A stretch of DNA of 63,936 nucleotides, the filler included, from Reclinomonas americana ATCC 50394 (Eukaryota), in assembly GCA_048213135.1 (NCBI GenBank). It is 10 parts of 3 records of this genome, joined end to end, with 100 filler letters (N's around TTAATTAATTAA, not from the genome) between each part and the next. Parts side by side here need not be neighbours in the genome. Positions count along the whole stretch, not along the records: positions 22,867 to 37,291 come from PS015484.1; positions 37,392 to 41,741 come from PS015484.1; positions 41,842 to 50,273 come from PS015484.1; 7 more parts are not named here. One strand, given 5' to 3'. This document shows positions 30,901-43,400 of the stretch, piece after piece (within the stretch, counting starts at the first letter, position 1; each line of letters begins with the position of its first letter). The notes below the pieces were generated by a model that did no database searches, was not told the origin of the DNA, and saw nothing but the letters and a program-made list of their open reading frames with translations. The translations under genes and the position numbers were made by a program.

Positions 30901-32356
30901 GATTGACGGTGCACGCAATAAGAGGTGTCATGTGCAGATGGCTGCTGACTGGTGCTGTGTGGCACGGAGAGGAGTGGGCGTGAGCTTAGCAATGCACATT
31001 GAATGCAGATCTATCATGGAGCGCACCTGCAGCTGAGGGAGAAGAGGGAGAGATGCTCATCTGGTCGTCTCCTTCGTGCATTTCCATTCGCATCTGATCA
31101 ATAATACGCAAGGGAGAAACAATGAGCAATCTGCAAGCGACCGCCTTCCTCATGCATATCCACTCAACTTGCTCCATGTGCGCAAGCAGCAAGGACTGGT
31201 CTGCTTGACTCAATTCACCTGCATTCACACACGCACATACAAGGGGGCAGCAGCTTCCACATTCGATCATATCATCCACACCCAAGCAACAGCCATCTCT
31301 CCCTCCACTCACCGTCACGAGCCTCGTTCAGCTGCACCACCAATTCGTCCTCCACATCCCTGCCAATCTGCAGTCGTCGCACAAGCTGGTGCAACTCGCC
31401 CTCTTCCTCTCCTCCGTCGCCGAGGAGAGGCACAAAGAGTGCAACAGCTCGTGCGGAACTCGCTTGCTCAAACACCTCTCTCAGCCGCTCGATTGCATTG
31501 CGCTGTGACAATGAGAGAGTGAGAGGTAAAATCACACAAAGAGAGAGAGAGATCACACTCCTCCTCCTCCTTCTCAGTCACACACACGCACCACATCGCC
31601 AGCTGGAATCAGACGATCCGGCTCGTCTCTCGGGTGCTCTCGATGACCCGCCAGCAGCAAGATCGAGCAGCACAACGTTGCATCAAACGAACTGCACTCG
31701 TGCAGCTGGCCTCGCTGACGCCACTCGCGCACCAGCTGGCGCTCCTTCTCGTTCAACTTGACACACATGCCCACTCCGTCTGGCATGGTGCTGCACGGTG
31801 GAGAAGGGAACAATGAAAAGAGAACGCTGGTGAGTGAGGAATGTATGTGACAAGAAAGAAGGTCATTCATCAGGGATGGAATGTGGAGTGTTGGTGAGAC
31901 AGTGAAGAGTGTGAGAATGGGGAGAAAAAGATGACCAGTGCGTCACCATCTGCCACTTGCTTGTTCTCTTCCTCTCTCATTCACATCTCCCATCTGCATC
32001 TTGCCATCGTGAGCTTCCCCTTTCCCTACATACACTCACCGCACATCACGCTCACTCGGCGCCTTGCACCACTCGGCGACGTGATTCACACCGGGATACG
32101 AATCGAGAAACGCCGGCAGCACTTGCTCGAGTTTGGATTGCAGAGCGCGGGTGCACGGACGAGACAGTGCCTTGGCAAGGCGAATCTTGCATTCCTCATC
32201 ACCAGCATCACGAGGATGACTGCACGAGAGAGGAGGAGAGGAGAGTGACAGGGAACGAATCACACACAACGTGAGAATGATGATGATGACGTAACAACAA
32301 CAACACAATGAGAGAGAGACACGCAACTCACGCGGCACTCCACTCCCACTCGCCAT
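27987..32356 (-). CDS. NLR-like protein copy 3 (NB-ARC-TPR)
   Basis: Same exon layout and motifs as copy 1; the last exon is a long open frame. Confidence 0.8.
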
Positions 32357-32418
32357 GATGATGTGCCACAACAAGAGCAACAACAACAGCACACTGACAG
32401 ATGCACAGGGGAATGACA

Positions 32419-32459
<41 letters not shown>

Positions 32460-32799
32460 GCACAATATATTATAAGAAGCGGAGAAATGCAACAACTCGC
32501 TCTCCTTCTCTTGAGCACGCAAACACAGAGTGGGGAATGACACGGACACCGCCAGAACAGACACAAAAGCTCACTTCTGCTCACAGCAGCAGCAACAGCA
32601 AACCACACGTCACATGATTCGTAGGACAGGACTTCGTGGTGTGTGCATGCTGGCTCACAAGACGAACAGTACAAAGGCTTGTGCTTACAGGTACATTGTG
32701 TCCTGGTGCAAGTGCCAGTGGCAGCATCGGGAACAAGATGAAACGTCGAAAGATATAGTCAAAGAAGAGGGAGACACGAGAGAGTGGTTCACTGCTCAG

Positions 32800-35700
32800 T
32801 CACAATAGCACGCCAGCCTCTCTTGCAAGTCGTCGACACTCCTCCAAACACTCGATGACATATGCTGTAACTGGATGCCTTGCTCCAAGCACCGCTCGCC
32901 GATCATCCACACACTCCACCAGCAGTGCCTCTGCCTCGGCCCATCGTTGCTGCTTCATGAGCAGGTCACCGAAGTTGTACATCGTCTCCAATGTGTATTC
33001 ATGTCTGTCACCCAGCACCTCACGCCGACCCTCCAAACACTGACGGTACAAGTCAGCAGCGTCTGCCAGTATCTCTGGCGTGTTTTGCTGCTTGAGATCA
33101 GCAGCAAGATTGTTCATCGAGGAGAGAGTGTGCGGATGCCAGTCTCCCAGCGATGCTCGCCTAAACTGCAAACACTCTCTTTCGAGCCGAATAGCCTCCT
33201 CCAGGCGACTCTCATCTTTGATGCATACAGCGACGTTGTTCATGCAGGACAACGTGTCAGGATGCTCAGCTCCAAGAACCAGTCGCCGCATCTCCCAGCA
33301 CCGTCGGAAGAGTGTCTCAGCCTCAGCATGTCGCTCTCGATTATAATGGAGCAACGCCTGACTGTACTGAGTCATCAGCGAGCCCGGATTACTCTCTCCA
33401 AGTGTCTCACACTGCCACTCATGACACTGCACCAGCAGTGGCAAGCTGTCTGAATGATAAGCAAACCACATCAAGCATCGGAATGCGTCAATCCTTACCA
33501 GCACAGTCATCTCGCCACTGTCATCCCTCTCCCACTCGTTGAACAAGCGCCACGCATGTTCCCACGCTGCTTCGCATTCATCCCACCGACGAAGCATACT
33601 AAACAGCCATGCTTGACACTTGGCCATCACGATGTCCAATAGTCGTCTCATTGGACTCATCTCAACATCGACACCTGCGCGTTCTCCACACTCCGTCACA
33701 AGTCGTACTAGCGACAAGGCCACTGCTTTATCGAATCTGGCGGAAGGCAATTTGTCACTGGCACACAACTTACCGATCCACTCCAGCGCCCCACACTGCA
33801 CCAGCAGCCCATTCGTACTAACTGCATCACTCGCCCACATGCCATCATCCTCGCCCAATCGTCGCCACACTGCGTGCAGCACACAGAGCAAGTCACGCGA
33901 CACCAACAGCACACCGTCACTGTCCATCTGTGAATCAATGCCATCCAGCACACAGCACACCAGTCGCATAATCAATCGCTGCGCCCGTGACACGGCATCT
34001 CCACATCGTCTCACAATCCACCCAGCAATCTCGTCGTGCACTCGATACTCCATCGCCTCGTTGCTCTCCCTCACTTGCTCACCACACAACACACGCGCCA
34101 CACTGTCCATGCTGCCACTGACACCCACCGTCACCAGATTCGACATGCACAGACCCTCCAGCACATCTTCCACTCCGTCACCAACACCACCACCACCCAC
34201 CAACTCATCACGCTGTGCACGCACTCGCTGCTCCTCCTTTACGTTCATCTCATCAAACTGCAGTCGCTCACCCACCACCTCGGGTGCACGCCTCCGTCTC
34301 TCCTGTGCCAGCCCATGCAATCGCAGTCGACGCACACACTGACTCAACTCCACCAATCGACTTGCGGCCTCCTCATCTTCATCCGCCCTCCCACACGTGG
34401 CCATATCGGGAATCACTCGCAACACACCCAGAGCCACTCGTGCAAGTGCAACAGTCACTGGCAATCCGAGTTCCTTGCATGCCGTGATCAGCACTAACAG
34501 ACGACGTGCTGCCGCTGTCTGCGACATCACATTGCGCTCCAGCAGCTGCGACAGCGCATCACCACCAATGCCACTCAGCGCCTCCTCCAGTCGCGCTCCC
34601 ACCAGCTGTGCTGCTGATTGTGACAGCAACCAGCTGCATCAAAAAGAGAGAAGAGAGAGAAGAGTGAGTCTTCTCGTCCGCAGGCCACTCACTCACTCAC
34701 TCACCCAACACATGCACTCACTCGCAGTGCACTCTTCTCCTGCTGCCCACCCTCCAGTGCCTCCACAATCCGTCGTCGCACATCCCCCGACACGCTGTGG
34801 AGCAGTCGCTCCTCCACCAGCTGCACAATATCCTCGTTCTCCACATTCTCCACTCGCACACACTCCACCTCCGCCTCGTGCATCATCGAGTCACGAATCT
34901 CATCTGCCACCTGCCCATATCGACTCGTCACCACCACAATCGGTGCCACCATTCCACCTGCACACAGACGCACACGCATGATGCACATCAAGTCAGGATC
35001 CAACATACGAGCAAGAATGAGAATTCTGTCTCCCGACACGAACCCTCATCAGCACACTGAACAACACTCCTCACTTGCTCCGCCGATCCCACATTGTCCA
35101 GCACCATCACTCCACTCGCTGCATGCATCAGCTGTCGCAACAGACGACGTGCTGGCTCCACCTCACCACTCGCCAGCAGCGCATCCACCTGACCGGCCAT
35201 CCGTCTTCCCTCCACTTCATCCAGTCGCATCTGCGCCGTAACAAACGAACGCAGACACTCGCCCAGAGCGTTCTCCGCCTGCAGCATGGGGCACAGAGAG
35301 AGAGAGAGCGAGTCAGAATGACAGCAGAAGTACATTGCAATTGCAACATGAAATGACAACATGCATGTTCCCTCAGCACACACCTTCACATGCTCCCTCG
35401 CATCACCCACATGGCCGCGCATCTCCACCGACACGGCTGATCCCTTCCATCGACGAGTCGCCAACAACTCAGTCACCAGCAGCTCAGCAAGGAACGACTT
35501 GCCAGTGCCTCCCTCGCCCGTCAGCACCACCATGATTGGCTGATGTGCTGCGCAGGAATCATCACCACCAGACAACAAGATGAGACACACAAATGTGGAG
35601 AAGGCCGATGAAGAAAGAGAAGGAACACCCAACCTTCCACTGCTTCCACAATGCGTGTGGCAAGTGAAGCTGCCAGTGCACGACGACTTGGAAAGCGGAA

Positions 35701-37157
35701 TGCGGTCACAAGATTGACGGTGCGGGCGATGAGTGGTGTCATAGGCAGATGGCTGCTCTCTGGTGCTGTGGCACAGAGAGGAGTGAGTGTATGAACACAA
35801 CAATGCACATTGAATGCAGATCTATCATGGAGCGCACCTGCAGCTGAGGGAGAAGAGGGAGGGATGCTCATCTGGTCGTCTCCTTCGTGCACTTCCATAA
35901 GCATCTGGACAAGCACACGCAAGTGAGAAACAATGAGTCACCTGCAAGCGACCGCTTCTTCATGCAGATCCACTCAACTTGCTCCATGTGCGCCGCCATC
36001 GATGCCAGGTCCGCTTGACTCAGTGCACCTGAATTCACACACAATCAAGACAACATCAGCTTCCACCTTCGATCATGTCATTCACGCAAACGCAAGCCAT
36101 CTCTCTCCCTCCACTCACCGTCACGAGCCTCGTTCAGCTGCACCACCAATTCCTCCTCCACATCCCTGCCAATTTGCAGTCGTCGCACAAGCTGGTGCAG
36201 CTCGCCCTGTCCTCCTCCTTCTCCGGCACCGAGCAGAGGCACAAAGAGTGCACGAGCTCGAGCAGGACTCGCCTGCTCAAACACCTCCCTCATTCGCTCA
36301 ATCGCATCGCGCTGTGACAATGAGAGAGTGAGAGACACAATCAAACAGAGAGAGAGAGAGAGAGAGATCACACTCCTCCTCCTCCTTCTCAGTCACACAC
36401 ACGCACCACATCGCCAGCTGGAATCAGACGATCCGGCTCGTCTCTCGGGTGCTCTCGATGACCCGCCAGCAGCAAGATCGAGCAGCACAACATTGCATCA
36501 AACGAACGGCAGTCGTGCAGCTGGCCTCGCTGATGCCATTCGCGCACCAGCTGGAGCTCCCTGTCGTTCAACTGGACACACATGTCCACTCCGTCTGGCA
36601 TGGTGCTGCACGGTGGGAAAGGCACAAAGAAACGAGGAAGCTGGTGAGTGAGGGAACGCGTGACAAGAAAGAGAGGGCATTCATCAGGGATTGAATGCGG
36701 AGTTGTGTGGAGAGACAACGAAGAGCGGGAGAATGGAGAGAAAGGGATGACCAGTGCGTCACCATCTGCCACTTGCTTGTGGCAATCTTTTCTCTTCTCC
36801 TTCTGCATGTTGCCATTGTGTGCTTCCCACATATTTCCCCACACACTCACCGCACATCATGCTCACTCGGCACCTTGCACCACTCGGCAACATGATTCAC
36901 ACCGGGATACGAATCGAGAAACGCCGGCAGCACTTGCTCGAGTTTGGATTGCAGAGCGCGGGTGCAAGGACGAGACAGTGCTTTGGCGAGGCGCATCATG
37001 CATTCTTCATCACCAGCATCACGAGGATGACTGCACGAGAGAGGGGAGAGAGAGAAGGAACAAATCAGACACAATGTGAGAATGATGATGATGATGCATC
37101 TGACAACACAATGAGAGAGACACGCAACTCACGCGGCACTCCACTCCCACTCGCCAT
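32800..37157 (-). CDS. NLR-like protein copy 4 (NB-ARC-TPR)
   Basis: Same exon layout and motifs; very close to copy 2 over the last exon and 3' flank. Confidence 0.8.
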
Positions 37158-37214
37158 GATGATGCGTCACAACAACAAGCACAACAATAGCACGCTCACA
37201 GATGCACAGGGGAA

Positions 37215-37262
<48 letters not shown>

Positions 37263-37391
37263 CTACGTACGTACGTACGTACGTACGTACGNNNNNNNNN
37301 NNNNNNNNNNNNNNNNNNNNNNNNNNNNNNNNNNNTTAATTAATTAANNNNNNNNNNNNNNNNNNNNNNNNNNNNNNNNNNNNNNNNNNNN

Positions 37392-40220
37392 TCCACTGCA
37401 CGTGGTTGACGCGTCGCAAAAAACGGAACACGCTGAGCCGTAGTAGCCTGTTGCACATGAGCAGAGACCTGCGCTGTCACAGGAGCCATGGCCACTGCAC
37501 GTGACAGCAGGGTTGCAGTAAACGTTGCATGTCGGTGCTGGAACGTAGTACTGTGCACACTGCAAGCAGAAGGGGCCACTGTTGTTGCTGGCACAAGCTG
37601 TGTGAATCGCAAAAGAATGAGTACAATTGTTGAGGCGTGTGCGTGTGGTGTGCGCACGTATGAGTGTGTGTGTGTGTGATGACTCACCTGCAGTGGTGAA
37701 GGACACAACTTGTCCCGAAGTCATACCGACAACTGCACGATAAAAGTACTGCGTGGACGCCTTCAGAGAAGTAAGTGGAGCGCTGAGAGCGGTTGTGCTT
37801 CCTCCAGAGCTAGTTAGCGGAGAGGCCGGAACAGAACCCGGCGGAACCGCCACCATGCGGATAGTTTGGTCCTCGTTGTCTGTGCAGCGTCCGCAAAATA
37901 TCATGAGCTCCCAGTCTATGCCTGGGGGAACAACACGCGGGGACAAACCAGAGAGTGCCAGCATACGCAGAGTTTCGCTGAAACCAAGGCCCCACTACGC
38001 ATATCGAAAATCCAATAAATGTGAGTCGCGACGTCGCACCATGGACGTGATGCAAGCACAACGCAACAGGGACTACGAAAGATGCATCGACACCGAATCC
38101 GTCAGCCCACGTTGAAACATCGGGCGATCCAGCCACAGTTGTGACGAAGCCGCCAATCGTGATGCTTCGCAGAATTGAGTTGTAGCGCTGCGTCTCGCAA
38201 CAAGCATGTCAGCCACAACGCAGACCACATGCCTACCACGACTACTGGCTGAAGGTCAGACGCAACGTCGGAGACATACAGCATGCCAGAGAGCTCGTCG
38301 ACAACGATACCGGCTGGACGGTTGAATCGCGCAACTGAACCAGCACCATCAGCAGTTCCCACTGTTCCCACTGTGCCAGCCAAGGTCGTCACCATCCGCG
38401 TGCTGAGATCCACGACACGCACGGTGTTGTCTGAGCTGGTAAAGTACAGCTTGTTTCGACCAACATCAACAGCTACGCCGAGGGGGCCGGTGAGCTTCGC
38501 CGCTGAGCCGATACCATCAACCGATGAGCCGCGTTTTGTGGGATTTCCCGCAAGCGTGAAGGCCGTCGTGCCAACATACGGCAGCCGCCGCAAGGTGTTA
38601 TTGTTTGTGTCGGCTACGTAGATCCAACGCACAGTGACGTCGAGACACAGACCAGACGGCCCGCTGAATGTCACCGGCGCTGTGTCCGACACGCCTCGAG
38701 TTCCGTTACCGGCCACAGTACTCACGGTCCCCAGCGACAATTTTCGCACGGCATTGTTCGCAGTCTGCACAACGGCGCGCAGCTGCGTCAACATGTGCCC
38801 GACACAAACATGTTGATCGACGGCAAACGACGCACCTCAGAAACGTAAATGTCGCCCGATGGAAGGTCTACGGCAACTGCTGCTGGCGTATTGAACTTTG
38901 CCGACAGCGCAGCACCGTCAACGAAACCGGCGCGGCCCACTTGGCCGCCAATTGTCGTCGTAACACCTGCCGGTGTTATGCGCCGGAGGGTGTGACTGGA
39001 CAGAGATAACAGCAGAAAAAACAAGTTGAGCGAAATGCGCTGAGACGAGAAGGAGAGACATAACATACGCACTTTCCCGAGTCGCACACCACGACATTTC
39101 CGGCAGCATCAAATGCAACTCCCTACGAGGCGAGAGTAAGTTGCGCACACAAACATGCACCAATGCAACAAAACTGGAGCGAGGAAACCAACCTGCGGAG
39201 AGGAGAATGAGGCAGCGTCTGCCACTCCGTCGTCGGAACCGGGGACGCCGCTGCCAGCAAGAGTCGTCACCGGAAACCGGCTTTCAAACAACGAGGCGGA
39301 CATGGACACCTCGAAAGAATTGGCGAACGTGCCGAGATTGTTGGCGTTCGCCGTGCCCAGCAGCGTGGCACTAAATTGTGAGATGCTGGTTGCCGCATTG
39401 GTCGCCGCCGTGGGGCCTGTACCAAGGCGCATAGTGAGTGAACAATCTGAATGGACGGTCAGAGCGACTTCTGGTGCACGTGCCTGTGACGCGTGTCGAG
39501 AAGTTCGCCGGTGCAAGAGATGAGTCGGGCAGCGCTAGCATCGCCGTCGGCTTTCGCAGAGCACGTGCACGCTCTGCTTCCAACACGCTGTGTTTAGAGA
39601 TCGTCTCCCCAACAATCGCCACACATCTTCGCACTCACCGATAACAAACTCGGCTGTGCTCTCCACACGGTCGCCCTCCGACCAGCACTGCACAGTCACA
39701 CGCAGCGTGGCCACCGTCACGCCCTCCGCAGACATGATCAGCGCCGACAGCTGTTGGTCCACTTGCACCAGCGCGGCATCGTTCCCCGCTATCGAGCACT
39801 CGCCAACGGGTACCATCACAGGCGACTCTCCAGTGCGCACGAGTCGCAGCATTCCAATGAGGCGGCCACGTTGCGAAGGCGCCACATATGTTGTGTTGGT
39901 AAGGTGCAAACCTGTGTGTGAGAGAGAGAACATAAGTCATCGACTCTTTCTCTCTCTCTGTCATTCCATGACACTCATATGAGGCAAGAAATAGGAGAAA
40001 ACCGAGAGAGCGGCGTGTGAAAAGCGAGTGTGTGTGCGTGTGTGTGTGGTATGACACGCGCAGCCGGATTAGGCAAGAGTGGCGTGCCAACAACAACGCA
40101 ACGTTGATTGTGGTGCTGTGTGGCAGACAGCTCCAGTGGAGAGCATGAGAGCACGAAGGCCACGCAGCAAACGAGAAGAAATAGAGTGTACGGGCGAGTG
40201 CGAGAAGTTTTTCCAAGGAG
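37392..40220 (-). CDS. Secreted/surface protein with cadherin-like domain, NHL beta-propeller repeats, FN3-like and EGF repeats; 3' end lost in gap
   Basis: Signal-like TLFLLVCCVAFVLSCS. NHL repeats such as TTLAGTVGTVGTADGAGSVARFNRPAGIVVD...LYVSD. FN3-like LKASTQYFYRAV. EGF CSGHGSCDSAGLCSCATGYYGSAC. The start codon was not located. Confidence 0.7.
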
Positions 40221-40458
40221 CCGATATCTCGAGTGAGGAGGAGACAAACAACAACAACAACAATGCGTGTGTGTCATTCTTCTTTCCGTCGCTCAGCAAG
40301 CGTGCGAAGGAGAGACAAACAAAAGAGAGTTTGTGCGTACGTGAGTGAGAGAGGCTGTCTCACACGCGATGACACGCTGGAATTGGACAATAAAAGCCGA
40401 TTGCGTCATATCGAAGCTCTTCGATATCTTTCATGGCCTTTCATCATTATTCGTCTCA

Positions 40459-43400
40459 TTACAGTCGGTGGAGCTCGTCGTCCTCCGCGTCCAACAGGCG
40501 CATCTGCAGGCCCGGACTCGCGCTGGCAAACCTGTGCTGACTGTCGATGCGCCGAACGGTGTCTGTTACGGTGCCGTGACGACGCATGGCCTCGGCCCAC
40601 ACGTCTCGCATGCGTGCGGTTTCTGCCTCCTCCTCCAGAGCACGCACTCGCCGCTGCTCCTCCAACGCGTGCGCGCGCAGAGCGCACAAATCCGGATTGC
40701 GAAGCAAGGTGATGGCCAGTTTCCAGCGGTTGAGAGCGCGACGCCGGCGCACACTCGCCCGCTTCTCGCCGCGGAGTTGGCGCAGCACGTCGGGAGCCAG
40801 CAGCGGCCGCGCAATGTCTACTTTGTGCGTTCCACACCACGAGTGGATGAATTCGGGGTCGTCGGCTTTGTTCCGCCGTCGCTCGGCCTTGACAGCTGCG
40901 CAAGTGGCGAGCGTTAGCTCGTGGTTGGGGAAGGCAGAAATGCGAGGACGGCAGCAAACGCAACGATCCCACAGCAGCTTGCAGAAGGTGGCCAGAATAG
41001 GGTTATTTGTTTCGTGGTCCATGCGAAGAACAGCGCACCAGCTGTTGTAACCTGTCGACCAATATGTCGGACACCAAAAAAAAAACAAGCACCGTCGACA
41101 ACACAACGGGCTCTCTCACCAAAGTCAAGGTACACGGCGCTGGCAGGCGTTGGGTGGTCGAAGCGGACATACATGACAAAGTCGAGGGTGAAGGCGAAAA
41201 CGAGTCGTAGCGCCGAGTAGAAGAGTCCAACCAGGCTGAAGTCCAGGGTAGGTGAGTGTACGACAAACAACAAGGCGGCGCATGTAATGCATGACGCAAC
41301 AAGGTCAACAGCGTGTACGCCGAGTCAAAAACCAAAAACGCACGATAGTACAAGACACGACCATGTCGCACGAGAATGCCAAAGCCGATGCTGCGAGAGA
41401 AAAACAAGTCAGCTTCTGACAAAGCAAATCGTTCCCCATGCCTCCCCGTCCCCCTCCTACTCACATGTAGTATACAATGCGTGTGGCGAGCTCCAAGCCG
41501 AGCAGTGCCAGCAGGAACTTGGTGCCAATCTCAAGGAGCACCTGCCGAGACGGTTGCCAGAAGACCAGGAAGAGCGGCAACACGCCGATCAGCGCAAACA
41601 CAATGTACGTGAAGATCACAGCTGCGAGAAGCATACACACACACAAAAAGTGAGTTGCAGCGTCGGCAGGGTTCCGGGAAATCACGAGAACAAATAATAT
41701 GTGGATGGGCAGGCAAAACCCCGACGTGAAGGTCCTCTTCCNNNNNNNNNNNNNNNNNNNNNNNNNNNNNNNNNNNNNNNNNNNNTTAATTAATTAANNN
41801 NNNNNNNNNNNNNNNNNNNNNNNNNNNNNNNNNNNNNNNNNTGCTGCACTCTGCTGCAGCTTGGTGTACCAAGCCAGACCAACTGCCGCGCCCACATACG
41901 CGGCAAGCACGAGAATGGGAATCAGGGACAAGGCCACCAAAAAGCGCACTGCCGTTGCAACGAATACAGTCAGCACGACCACGACACAAGGGCTTGCGAG
42001 CCTCTCCCACTTACCGGGGTAGAAGAATCCGACTGAACGGTACCGCTGCTCCGTGAGTGTAGGCTTTGGCATGAGGAGATTGGTGACTGCATTTGCACAC
42101 AAAGTGAGTAACACAACAGCGACACGAATTGGTTAGCAGCGCACGAACTTGGGCTCCACATTGTGGATCGCGGCGGCGGCGCAAACGGATCAATGCCGAG
42201 CTCGGCGTCGATCTTGGGAGTAAAAGTGACGAGTCGGCGAATGAGCTCGCGGTACTCTTTGTCGCGGGTGTGGATGAAACTGGCCGTGTTGAAGCGACCA
42301 ATCAAGGTAAGGACAATGTGCACTGCAGCATCACAATGATCCGCGACGCGGATGAGACACACAGAGAGTGAGAGTATCGCAGGAGGACACGCGACGCCCT
42401 CACCGACGAGAATGGCGCCGACAATGAGCACCACCAGAAACGTGAAAGTGACAAGAGTTCCGGTGTATGGATCACGAGTGGTGAACACAACGCCGTCGCC
42501 AGAGTGTATCCACGAGTTGAATGACTGCAGGCAGTGCATTTAAACAAAAGCAGCTCGAGCGGGACGGCGTATACGGACTGACACATAACGCAACTTTGCC
42601 AGTGGCGAAGAGAGCAAAGATAACCTGCACGAGACGTTCGGTCAGTGCATTCCGCGAACAAGGTGTCGCGAACCGGGACAGCGAGCAGCCGTACCACGCC
42701 AAGAGTTGCAAACTGCATGATTGCCCAGTTGAACAGCGATACGCCCATAAACAGCGGGACAGTGAGCCCCACTGCCAGGTAAATGTACGTGTTCAAGTTG
42801 CTCAGCGAGCTGGTGTCGGCCTGACTGGGATTGAACATGTAGATGGAGTTGCTGGGAGACGATGGGAAGCCTTGACACAGGAACACGAGCTGTGAGGAGC
42901 GCACCCCACACAACGCAAGTGAGGTTGGAGAATTTCAGTGCAAAGCGGCGTGAGAGGGCTGCGCTGCGCACCGTGGTGAACTGAGTTGGTCCCGAGACTA
43001 TACGCAATGCGTCAAAGGTGGCAATGCCGTTGGCATCCGTGTATGCCACCGCGGTCGCAGCGTACAGCGCCATATTTGGGTTCGTGGAGGTAGCCGTCAC
43101 TGCCTGGTTGACCAGCACGGAACCACCAACGTCGCGGACCTGCACGGTCGTTGAAGTCGAGAAGACAACTCCAAGAGTTGCACCAGATGGTGGCTGCCGA
43201 ACGACGGCAACGGTGCCGATCAAGTTGCGTACAGAAACCGGCTGGCTTACAACCTGCAACTCGCCGACGAGGAACGTGAACTGGTACATTCCTGTGAGGA
43301 CAGGGAGGCACACAAGTCATTTTTTCGAGAGGAGAACAGAGGTTGCTGCTCACTGCCAACACCCGCCCCCTTACCAGTCAGCGCGCTCGTGAAAAACGTG

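Noticed and set aside
19148..34981. Plus-strand ORFs of 200-380 aa overlapping the NLR last exons
   Set aside because: These are antisense shadows of GC-rich coding sequence, with no recognisable motifs.
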